A program made the translations under genes and the position numbers. A stretch of 63,993 nt of DNA, the filler included, from Choristocarpus tenellus KU-1152 (taxonomy: Eukaryota > Protista > Phaeophyceae), in assembly GCA_964200185.2 (NCBI GenBank). It is 13 parts of 13 records of this genome, joined end to end, with 100 filler letters (N's around TTAATTAATTAA, not from the genome) between each part and the next. Parts side by side here need not be neighbours in the genome. Positions count along the whole stretch, not along the records: positions 52,874 to 56,736 come from CAXNAD020017515.1; positions 56,837 to 59,627 come from CAXNAD020024730.1; positions 59,728 to 63,993 come from CAXNAD020015399.1; 10 more parts are not named here. One strand, given 5' to 3'. Positions 53,410-63,993 of the stretch are shown piece by piece. Under the pieces are notes generated by a model, which did no database searches, was not told the DNA's origin, and worked only from the letters and a program-made list of their open reading frames with translations. Positions within the stretch are counted from its first letter, which is position 1, and the number at the start of each line of letters is the position of its first letter.

Positions 53410-54135
53410 ACATAGCGATTGTCATAAACGTACAAGTCGATAATAAGTAACTCTTTACGAAAAAGTGTTTTTCACAAACCACTTTTAAGGGTTAGGCCAC
53501 TTTACACGTGCGTTAGGGCTTTTAAAAATAATAAATCCACTGAAAAGTGTGCTTAGGTTTTTTTTAAATACCAAGAACCCACTTTTGGGGTCTCACACGT
53601 TTCCAACTTTCAGAAAAGCTAAGAAGTCCTTCCAACTGGTACCCACTATTTAAATAAACCCTAAATCCACTTTTTGGCGTCTTTAGGGTTTAAATAAACA
53701 CTAGATAACATAAAAAAAAGCGGATCAATCTTATTCCTGGTTACTGGTAAACAATTTTACCGTTCAACACTCAGAACACGTACGTTAGGGTTTTTCCAAA
53801 AGTAGAATGATATTCTAATCTTTACACCAACAAATGCAGATACAAACCACATCCTTAATTGATTTAATACGTTCGAAACGTACGAAACGAAAAGGTCACG
53901 AAAATACAGACACCCTCTGTCCAGTTCAATATGAAATCCTATGCTGTTTGATATTCGTATTTTTGTAACGCAATTCTCATAAAAAATGTACAATCTGAGT
54001 TTTGAGGATCGAAAGGTCAGACGACATAAAACAGCACCTCCCATCCCTCAGTCCTCATTTCAATTCATTCCCTTCCGTAGATATCACGCAGACCTCTTAC
54101 TTACCCATCCCCATCACACCCTCCCAATCTTTGCC

Positions 54136-56447
54136 ATGTCCAACATTCCAAGAACAACAACCCACCCGCCCGCCGATGGAAAAAGTTTGGAATCCAGAAC
54201 GCGGGACCTGCCCCCTATTGGCATGTCCCAGCTACTGGATGAACATTTTCTGGGGTCATACAAGATGAAACTAGGACACGTCACATGCACAGATATGGTG
54301 CGTCCTTTAAGCGAGCGTGGCTTTGCGCGCGTTCATAAGTCTATAAAGGAGAAAGGCTGGCTGGATCAGTTTGCTCCAAGTGTTGTCATCCAGCGAGAAC
54401 GTTTAGGTAATATGGATGAGCTAAACGCCGAAACTGCGCTTTCCATTGAAGGGCGTGTATTGGACGGAAACCATAGAGTAACGGTGCTGAAGAGAGTGTT
54501 TGATCCCGAACACACTTTCACCATGCGGATCTACATGGAGTTCGAGCAAACGGAAGAGAGGCTAATTGCCAAGGGTGGGTGATTGACTGTTTTCGTTGTT
54601 CCATAATCGCCTGACCGTTCTGATCAACTAAGCACCGAAGTAATGTAGTGTTTTCGTTGTTCCGTGATTGCCTGATGACTATTCTGATATACGAAGTTGT
54701 TGCCGAGTTTCCCTTGCTATGTTCATTGTCAGTCAGCCCATTGCGGATATTTTCGTTGCTCATCTTTTTGATCCCTCGTGGTATTCCTGTCCACAGCAAC
54801 ATATTTCTCGGTGCCGCAGGCCGCATGTGTCCAGCGATCGCTCCCCACCTAACCCTTGTCCCGTTCGCCCACTGTACCGCCATGCTTATAACATTCAACG
54901 ACGCGACAGAGAGTGTGGTTGAGCGCACGTTATACAATAAGATATAATTTCAGCGCAAGCTCCAAGAAGCTATCAAGCGACAGACGAAGAAGAAGGAAGT
55001 GTCACTAGGAGAGACCCGCAAAATGTACCAAAAGGTGAGAGAGTTGTCAACATTGATGGTCGCGCTCTCCTCCTCCTCTAGTTGTGTTACAGCTGTTGCG
55101 AGATATCCCTGTGTCGAACTATTCAACCTAAGTTGAGATAGTTATCCCGCGTTTAGATACCCTGTCAACCAACTTATTGATCTTCGGGTGACTATGTAGT
55201 ATGTATGTGTGGTTAACCACAGACGTGCAATAAAAATTACTTCTTGATTGTTTTATCGATGGTGTTGCCTGAAACCCACCCCCCACACACACACACATAT
55301 ATACCGCGTTGGCGTGAAAATAATTATGCCTCATTCTCGCTGGCTGGGTGCATAATGTTTTCCGTTTTGTGCCCATTGCGAAGGTGGGCGTTACTGCCCC
55401 GTTGAAATCAACTCTACGAAAATGGCAGCAAGGCATAAACTCCCTTCAACCAGAGTCCTTCGAGGTACTGAAGGAAGTGTGTGAGTCCTCGTCGCCACAG
55501 ATTGACCGCAATGCAATCTCACTAAACTCTCTGACGACCGAGGAGTTTGCCGGCTTCACTTCTCTCAAGCAGGGGCTATGCATCCACCTGCTTGCTAGGC
55601 AAGTCAAAACGCCACCGTGTTTTATTGTGTAGGCAGCAGTAAGCACAGTTTATGCAGGTCGCAGCACATTGCACAGGAGCGTGAAATAAGTGTCTCCTAC
55701 GATGAATAATTTAGTCGGCCATTGTTGTGTCGAACGAAAATCCCTTCGTAGTATTCTGGTAATTCTACTGTACGTGTTGCCTGTGTATGTGCGCTCTTGT
55801 CTTTTAGGAAGAGGAAGTATGACAATCAAGTGATGAATATTTGCTGCAGTGGCGACCCTTTCCTCTTCCTAACCTGCGCATCGTTCTCCTTGACGTCCTT
55901 CGTGGCTATTCTATTTTAGCAGATACAAGTCGTTCTACGGGAAGCCTCCTACACAGAGGGACCACAAGGAGATCGAATCGGACGTGCACATGTCTGAGAT
56001 GCTTATCTCGCGCACCAGGGAGATTGTGCCCAAGGAGAAGTGGACATCAGAGCTCCAAAGGTTGGTAAATTGTACAGTTGCAGTGTTTGTTTTTTTTCCT
56101 TTTCCGTATCTCCTGCGCACCCATACGTCGCCATGCGCCCCTGCATTGTAAAATACACCGTCAGCGTCTTTTTCTGCACCGCACTTATTGATTATTGCAA
56201 AATCGCCCTAAATTCCGGACGTTACGTGAATGATGTACGGGCTATCAGGGAAACGGACAGGCTTGCATACGAGAAGTGCAATATGCACGAGCTCTGGGTC
56301 AAGCGCCACTATGAGGAGAGGAAGACGGAGGTGGCCCAACTTCTGCAGAAGCTTTCATCTGGCGACCAACAGGCGGGGCCCGTCCGCCAACTGAGGGCCA
56401 ACATCTCCACGATAGTCGAAATGAAACCTCTGCAACGGATCAGAGCT
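54136..56447 (+). pseudogene. Intron-containing gene for a ParB/Sulfiredoxin-like domain protein with a possible downstream HTH; candidate exons 54136-54574, 54820 or 54892-55034, 55384-55598, 55923-56060, ~56165-56447
   Basis: Exon 1 encodes VRPLSERG..V..SIKEKGW...APSVV...RVLDGNHRVTVLK..F..RIY..EERLIA, matching the ParB N-terminal pattern R..L..SI..G..P..V..DG..R. There is an in-frame TAA at 54945-54947, one GC donor (55599) and two uncertain acceptors; the 3' end runs into a MITE and the contig end. Confidence 0.7.
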
Positions 56448-56539
56448 GTGGGTGTGCCTCCTGTGTTCGTAACTATAAACTTTGCTGTTTTGCCAGTTCT
56501 AGTCTTTCGTTGCTAATAACGGGAATAGCAAATCGTTTT

Positions 56540-56736
56540 GAATCAAAATATCTTAGAGGGTAGAGCCGCGTCCATTTGGGGACCAAAATCCAATGTTGGA
56601 ATTTTGATGTAATTTTGGCTATCATATTTGTTAGGAGATGCCAATATCCTTGTTCTGGACACATCTTTTCATAACGTATGCATTTTACCTACTCCGAAAC
56701 ATTTTGGAGTAGGTAAAATGTCCTTAAAAGCCCGTG
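56540..56736 (+). mobile_element. MITE family B, truncated at contig end
   Basis: GAATCAAAATATCTTAGAGGGTAGAGCCGCGTCCATTTGGG.. Confidence 0.9.
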
Positions 56737-56855
56737 NNNNNNNNNNNNNNNNNNNNNNNNNNNNNNNNNNNNNNNNNNNNTTAATTAATTAANNNNNNNN
56801 NNNNNNNNNNNNNNNNNNNNNNNNNNNNNNNNNNNNCCCCCAGATACTTTGGGCC

Positions 56856-58866
56856 ACAGCAACATGGTACAGATGCAGGTCCTGGAAGGGGATCTGGGAC
56901 AGGGCAGAGACAATAACATGGGGACGCCAGACAGCAAACCCTCAAGTGTAGGGGGAGGAACGAGCCGTCTGGTGCAGCTCAAGGCACAAGGAGCCAGCAG
57001 GCGCTTGCTCCCCAGTCTGTAACCGAGTTCTGGCAAGGCACTGGTGGTGGGGGCACGAGTGGCAGGGCAATGAGGTTCAATGAGATGGTTCCTGATCATG
57101 TGGATCATGGGATGCCTCTGCAGTTGCCAAGTCCGGATACCTACATTGATCCTTATGCAGGCCATACTGGAATGTGAAAATTCCAGAGCACTCATGAGGG
57201 TGTGTCCCTGGCTACGAAAGGGTGAGCGTGGAAGTTTGAGCTACCATGGTACAGGTGGGGTCAACATCCACAGGAAGTTGCCTGTCAGTATGAAGGCCCT
57301 GGTGGACCCAGGGTCAGGGCTCAGAGGCATATATGAGAGCCTGGTGCTAAAAATGCAGTCGCATTTTGGTGGAGCAGTGCTGACGAAGCCCTTCCATCAG
57401 CCTTTCACGGTGAAGATTGCAAATGGCTTCTCTGAGAGCATTGGGAGCGTGACATGTCCCTCAAATGTGGCACTCCACTCAGGCTATTGGCCTGTGGTGG
57501 TGAGAAATCTTGTCTTGGCAGTTATACTAGGCAATGTTGATGTGTTAATTGTAGGCAGCAAGACATTGTGGGACGTGTTAGGTTTTGACAACGTGATCAT
57601 ATCTTAGAGGGTACGAGTTTTGCCTTGTTTGTCCGTTTGGGGCTTGGCTTCCCACGTTTTTTTTAATGACATTTTACCTACTGCGAAATGTTTCAGAGTA
57701 TGTAAAATGTATACGTTACGGAGAAAGGTGTCAAGGCTGGTGAGCGTGTACCCAGATCCTATGGGGAGACGAGAGTAAAGGTTACAAATACATCCTAGTC
57801 ATGGTGGATGACTTAAGCAGTTTCATATAGCTGGAATTGGCTGAGACACACAATGTTGAGATTACTGTGCATCATTTGCACAGGTGGTGCATAACAATGG
57901 GGATGCTGGGGGTTTGGGTATCACGGCAAGTCACTTCAAGAACCAGGTGCTGAGGTGAATGCAGGAGCTATCCGAGGTGGATCACCGCTTTGTGATGGCC
58001 AACTTCCCCTGAACTAATGGGACAGGGGAGCGAATGATGTGTGAGGTGATCAGGACACTGAAGGTGGCACTAAGCGAGGGGCAATGTCAGGTCAGCGACT
58101 GGGTAAACTATTTGCCTGCCGTGCGGTGGGCGCTTAAGACAGGGTATCGCAAACGGTACAACACTACCCCAGACCACATCGTGTATGGTCAGGAACCTCG
58201 TACTGCTCTATCAACTGTGAGCAACTCACAGGAGGGGACATGGTTGCCTGTGGCATTGAACAAAGAGCAGATGCAGGCCTTGACTGGGGACGTACAGGTT
58301 GCCCAGGAGCAGCTGCACAAGAGGGTTCTGGGGTGGGCCTAGCACAATCGCACATGGCAACACAGAGGTCGGTCAGTCAGGATACAATGCCAAACTTTGC
58401 CGTAGGGGACTTTGTGATGGTGGCACGAGTATGTAAGAAAGGAAGCACACCCAAGCTGGTAAGCACATCGACTGTGCCATGGCATGTGGTGGCCACGGAA
58501 CAACCACATGTTTATGTGGTTCAAAATATCACCTCTGGTGACGTGCGACAGGTACATGTGTCGAGGTCACAGTTCTATGCGGACAAGGAGCTGAAAGTGA
58601 CTACAGAGATGAAGCAAACATTCCAGTACATGCAGAACCATGGAGATATTGAAGTATTTTATATTCTGGCAGTGTGCAGGGTAGAAGGTTATGAATACCA
58701 GGTTTGGGTGGATTGGTTGGGGTTTAGTGAGGATGAGAGGACGTGGGATCAACTATCTTCCACTTTAGAGGATGCCCTTGTCTTTCTATGCAAACAGTTG
58801 AAGAAGCTGAAGTTTCATGCTCAAGTGCGCAATGCGATTAGGCAGCTGTACAAGATCGACATTTGA
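56856..58866 (+). mobile_element. Chromodomain-bearing Ty3/Gypsy retrotransposon remnant (gag/protease, then integrase and chromodomain; RT/RNase H absent)
   Basis: ALVDPGS protease; YILVMVDDLS, SHFKNQV, NGTGER, W..YLPAV.WAL..TP..VYG..PR integrase; GDFVMV..PKL..VHVSR; YQVWVDWLGFSEDERTW chromodomain. Multiple stops and frameshifts. Confidence 0.88.
57599..57731 (-). mobile_element. MITE family B fragment at the protease/integrase junction
   Basis: TATCTTAGAGGGTACGAGTTTTGCCTTGTTTGTCCGTTTGGGGCTTGGCTTCCCAC.. truncated after AAAGGTG. Confidence 0.88.
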
Positions 58867-59116
58867 GTTGGATATTATATGCTGTTCTTTGTCAAGCTGG
58901 CAGTTTGCTACCATTGGTAGCATGCTTGCCTCTTGGGGTCTTGTAGACACAATATGAAGGGTTTTCTCAACATAGCTGAGCCGTTGCATCATTTGATGTT
59001 CGGAACATATTTGATGTTTGACAGGACCTATGCTCACTCCTTAAACAAAAAACAGAGCTGTAAGCCCCTACGTGGGGTGGAGCCTAAGCCACCATAGATC
59101 AGTTACTGTGGTTGAA

Positions 59117-59376
59117 GAGTGAAAGTGTCTTAGAGGGTACAATTTTTCCCCTGTTTGTCCATTTGGGGCTTGCCTTCCCATGGTCTCTTTTTATGACACT
59201 TTCCTACTCCAAAATGTTTCAGAGTAGGTAAAATATATACGTTATAAAAAGGTGTGTCCAGAACAAGGATATTGACACTCCCTAACAAATATTATAGCCA
59301 AAATTACATCAAAATCGCAACATTGGATTTTGCTTCCCAAACGGACGTAGCTCTACCCTCTAAGATACTTTGGCTC
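59117..59376 (-). mobile_element. MITE family B, full copy with perfect 4-bp TSD TGAA
   Basis: TGAA|GAGTGAAAGTGTCTTAGAGGGTA ... TACCCTCTAAGATACTTTGGCTC|TGAA. Confidence 0.95.
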
Positions 59377-59949
59377 TGAACTGTCTGTAGGTAACTTCTG
59401 TTCAGGGTAGAGTAGGAGTTGTCCCACAGTGATGCAAAAGAAGTGAGGAAGAAAGAGGAAGTTGGACCACTTCGAAGGACCGACAGACTGCCTGACTGAG
59501 ACTGAGATTTCCCACAAATGCTTAATTGACATCCCAACGGGGAAGAGGGAGAAGGTCATGTTCGTAGATAGTGCCTGCTGGTACACTATAGACACCATCG
59601 GTGGAGTAGATTAGGAAATGCAGACACNNNNNNNNNNNNNNNNNNNNNNNNNNNNNNNNNNNNNNNNNNNNTTAATTAATTAANNNNNNNNNNNNNNNNN
59701 NNNNNNNNNNNNNNNNNNNNNNNNNNNCATAAAAAGTACTCATTGGTAATTCTGGAGCAACTTCATTTCTGATATCTATTCCCTCGCTATCTGGATTAGT
59801 TGATAGAAACCTCAGAACACTTTCTTTGTCTGTAAACCTTAATGTTGAGAGGGCTTAACTTATCATATTATTTGAGTAGTACTGTCAGTATCAATAATAT
59901 GACAATATGAGTAAGAGACACAAGACGGAAAAGTGAATCCATTCTTGAA

Positions 59950-62450
59950 CCTTGCTGTCCACTTGTCATCATGTGGAAGCGAATATTCCGGCATTTTCAC
60001 TTAAAAAATGAAGCATACGACGAAAATCGCCGCAGACTAGTACACTATTATCATTATTAACAAATATGACGGTTTCACACTCGTCAGACTTGGATCCAGA
60101 CAGCAAGGTCACCAAGATCAGTTCTTCTTGATCTGGACAACCCTCGGCATCTCGTAAGGGGGCAATTATTGGATGCTCCTCTATCCCATAAGTCTGTATC
60201 GCTGTCTTTTTTGTGAATAACGTTTTCAAATGTGAGGTTTACAAAATACAAATAATATCAATCGAATGCCAACAACTTTGGTTTGCACATAGGTATCTTC
60301 AAAATACTTTTTCATATCGAAATCGTTGAGAAATCGTCCCGTGAACATAAAATGATATTATAAGGAAATGGCAGATTCAGCAAAAACAGCAAAATCGGAA
60401 CATGAAGGGGCTACAATAGTTTCTCAACCATTTCGAAATGAAAAATATTTTGAAGATATTCGTGTGCAAGGCGAAGTTGTTTGCTTTCGAACGATATAAT
60501 TCATGCATTTTCTGAAGCTGACTTTGAAAAAAATATCCACAAAAAACCACAACGATACAGACTTATGGGATAGAGGAGTATAGTGTAAGGGAGGGGGGAA
60601 GCAACGACAAAATAGTACTACGTTGTATTCATATATGAACATGTGAACGTAGGCAAGCAGGATATACTCCTGTTTTGACCTGTCTTGGCCCCTCAACAGA
60701 CTGCAACAACTAAAAATATTTCTGGATAGAACCCTATATACTATTGTGCTACATGTTGTGACTACTCTTAAGTGCACACAATGTATTGAGAGTATTAGCT
60801 TGGTGAAGAGGATTCCTCAATGTGGATAAGCTGTTATATCCATGCCTACACAGTAGTTCTAACAAATGTTGGGGTAGTTGCAAAAACTTACAAACGAATT
60901 GAGTAGTGGGATATCCTCACTTCACCCACCCCACGTTTCCTGTTGAAACCTTTACGAGATCTATCTGGTATTATCACAAAGCCAACCAAACATTGATGAA
61001 CACACTAACCTCTCAGCCTTGCCACCTGAGCCCTGTTCCGAAAGGTGGTACTGCTTCAAAATAATGGCCATTGTATCGTTGATTGGAACTTGATGTAGTC
61101 CCAGGAAAGATGACGCGTCAATGAAGGCCCCTACGATCTCCGCCAAGAAAATCACCGCCATCAAAAATTTGATGGGTCCATTCAGATGAAAGACTTCCAT
61201 CGTGGCACCCCACCTTTGCAAATAGGGGACAAAAGTCTCGCAGTCCTCCGTTCTGTCAAGAATGTTGTACGTAGAGGAAGAGCGATCAGAATATAGAAAA
61301 AAAATTATTAGATGCTCTCTCTGGCTGGGGGGGCCAGCAGACACTCTCAACTGAGAAGGAAGTCTTAAGAAGGGAGGACGATAAGTCACGAGGAAATGCT
61401 ACTCAAGCAGAATATGGGTGGTGACCGGATCTGGCGTAACAGAGGGTTTGTTCTCGGATGAAGAAATATTGGCATGGGTGTAGCACTTGTTCAGTTCTGC
61501 CGAGACCAACCATACAGCAAACGTATCGACTTCTCTTGTAGCTACACGCCATCCTTCCAATGTACTCCGTGTGTGTGTGTACTCCGAGTAATCGATATTG
61601 AAGCTATATGCCCCAGCCTGACCGTTAGACTTCTATCGAAGAAAGGGTGGGAGCGATTGATACTGGAACGCGTAGTACGCCAGTCCAAAAATATACCGCG
61701 CACATGGCCATTCTCGAATAGCTCAACGATGGAGGGCAAGAAAAAAACTTTAGCAGGTCTTCGACCGAACTCTGAACAAAACTTGGGTGCCAACCAATTT
61801 GTCGAGTACCAGCCGTACTCCAAATACCGACAGGCAGCACCGTAACTATCGTAGATGCCTTGCAGGGCAACTGTGAGGGGCATCACGTATAGACTGCTAG
61901 TCTACTACTCTGATAGTTTATGTGCAAAAGGCATCAACCACAAGGTGGTCTAACGTATATTCACGACATGTCATCATCCAATGGTTTTGCGAATTGACGC
62001 TTATCCCCCCCGTCATCTTTGTATACGAACACCAGAGCACGTTGCGGTGACAAATAATCACCTGACCAGCCCCAGTCAGTTCGGTGAGGACCATGAAAAG
62101 GGACAGATAACTGACCATGACTTGAGGAATGACCTACTTCGTCCAATAGAACTCCATACTAAGTCTAGGATTGGGTGGTTATATGTGAACTACTCCTCCA
62201 CACAGCACTCCGAGAACATTGAAACCTGTCCACCGACAATGTACTTGCTGTTGTTTTACACAACTGTGACTCAACGCGAGCTTCGAGTTCGCTCACCACC
62301 AGATGCGTAGCACTTGTTGTCTGTTGTGGTCACTGTGTGCGTAATCGGACTAATGGGGACGTATGCATTGTTCCTATGTCGACCAAACCAAGCCTGTGTT
62401 TCTTTTTGGTTCCCAAAGAAATTGATTATTGTCAAGTTGTGCCGTTAGGA
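59950..62450 (-). pseudogene. Degenerate coding-like region, possibly a DNA-transposon ORF
   Basis: Consecutive protein-like minus-strand segments (61961..62146, 61542..61886, 60961..61389, 59969..60229) broken by stops and frameshifts; family not established. Confidence 0.3.
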
Positions 62451-63414
62451 ACATGTAACAGTATTCTATATGTTTTCTACGTGTTTGTATACAACCTCAA
62501 AGTGATAGTGTAAATATGTATAGGTCATTTCTGTAAGGTATGGCCATGATAAATAGTGGTCAAAACTCCTTTTAAGATCACTATTGCAGCGAATTGATGA
62601 GGTGCAGAGAACAATAAAATAAATATGTTTATAGGAGAAGGCTACACTATTTTGAAATAAATGGAATGAAAAAGTCAAACAATACCCAACAATTTTGTAA
62701 TAACCACATCCACACGTATATATTCTTAGTAATATTGATATACTTTCAAGTAGATATATACTTGTATATTCTTAGGGTGGTTAGAATTAGGGTTTATTAG
62801 GGTTACCTATATTTACTGAGGCAAAGTGAACAAGACTTACCAACGTTTTTCAATTTTTTGCAATTCACTCATATTTCTATGGATGAAGTGCTAAGTTTGA
62901 CTTAAGAGTGTTGATTTCTCTATTGTTTGAGCTTTTTGACAGAATTCTGAAAATATCCTACACACATTTGCTAAGGAGAAATTCGAATTTTGCCCATATT
63001 TGACATCATCCTTAAAATGCAACTTTGGGTACCTCTCGTTTACTTTTATTCACTCACTATGTACTATTTATATTAAATATATATTGATGTAGGCAGACAT
63101 ACTTGGAAGTGTTTGGGGATCTGGTTATTACCAGATCATTCCTTGAGTTCTGCTTTAACCTGACCTTCAAAAACAACTTCAAGTAAACTGGAGATGTGAT
63201 ACTGTAGATAGATACACTTTTGTAAGTACTTCAAATTTTGGGGATCTGGTTATTACCACATCATCCTTGGGTTAGGCTTCAACCTGACCTACTACTACCT
63301 AAAGTAAACTTGAGATGTGATGCATTGTGCAAAATATGGGAGGCAAAAAATGTTGCGTATAAAGCTGTTTGTTGTATGTACCGTATTGTAGGCATTGCTA
63401 TTAATATTATATAC

Positions 63415-63930
63415 AGATAGTGTCTGTCACTACACAAGTAATTCTCTCCGAGAGGTTTCATGCATTTTAAGCTGGAGGCATCAGGGAGATGGGCAAGGAG
63501 GGGTTTGTCAGATACTTGGGATGCTTCCCTAGCTCCTCGCTCATTGTGTGGGACTAAGCTAGGCTGGAGGCAGCAGTGTACACAAAACACTAAAATTACG
63601 AGCTTTGAAGGGAGTGCTTATGTGTAGCTGGTAGTGTGACTCAAAGCGTCTGGGGGGTTGTACTGGCTGTCCATTCGGGGCACTTTTTTTCCATGTTGCG
63701 ATTTCGGGGTGATTAGGTTGCATGTGTCGGATGGATAAAGTTAGTGCATTCCACCAGGTCAGGGCCCGAATGGACACCCTGGTGTAGAACCCACCCCCCC
63801 AAAAAAAATACTTTGAGCCAGTCAAATAGTAAATAGATGTTAGAGAGATATCTTTGACATTTTCGACAACTGATAGATACTCTTTCAGGGGTCCTCGTGA
63901 TATATTGGTTTGACCTTTTCCCTGACACAT
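63415..63930 (+). repeat. Repeat family D copy carrying a MITE insertion
   Basis: Aligns with 11197-11480 (AGATAGT.TCTGTCAC..AAGCTGGAG..GGGAGATGGGCAAGGAGGG..GCTAGG.TGGAGGCA..TGGTAGT/AAATAGTAAATAGATG). Confidence 0.8.
63638..63819 (-). mobile_element. MITE family A copy inserted in repeat family D
   Basis: GACTCAAAGCGTCTGGGGGG ... ATACTTTGAGCC; splits the GGTAGT-AAATAGTAAATAGATG motif that is intact near 11382. Confidence 0.88.
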
Positions 63931-63993
63931 AACGTCCTCTCAGCAAAATTGAGGATGGAGCATACTATGGAGGATGGGTTTGACCCAAAATGG

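Noticed and set aside
62770-62810. Telomere (TTAGGG-like motifs; also near 23085, 47497 and 49098)
   Set aside because: Only 2-3 scattered units at internal positions, not a terminal array.

Overview
This window is eukaryotic, not prokaryotic. It consists of 13 short unrelated contigs joined by twelve artificial 100-bp linkers (44 N + TTAATTAATTAA + 44 N). Contigs: 1-8601, 8702-16480, 16581-23225, 23326-25851, 25952-30900, 31001-33744, 33845-37573, 37674-41634, 41735-49686, 49787-52773, 52874-56736, 56837-59627, 59728-63993. The DNA is intron-rich and repeat-rich. The fused PDH gene, exon style and retroelement types suggest a photosynthetic stramenopile such as a brown alga or close relative (inference only). 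Host genes appear only as partial GT-AG spliced exon chains that the ORF track mostly misses: a PPP-family Ser/Thr phosphatase, a katanin-p80-like WD40 exon, a fused pyruvate dehydrogenase E1 alpha/beta gene, an RGG-tailed protein, an RluA-family pseudouridine synthase and a WD40 protein. The dominant repeat is a set of three short non-autonomous DNA transposon (MITE) families. They share GNNNN-AAAGTATCT termini and make 4-bp target duplications, consistent with Sola2-type elements; about 20 copies or fragments occur here, many at contig ends. Copia, Gypsy (one with a chromodomain) and probable CRE-like retroelement remnants are also present. The most unusual item is an intron-containing gene for a ParB/Srx-like domain (DGNHR motif) followed by a possible HTH, at 54136-56447. 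It is CpG-rich, lies behind a motif array resembling a transposon subterminus, and is probably a recently inactivated mobile-element cargo gene. All calls come from manual reading; no database searches were run.
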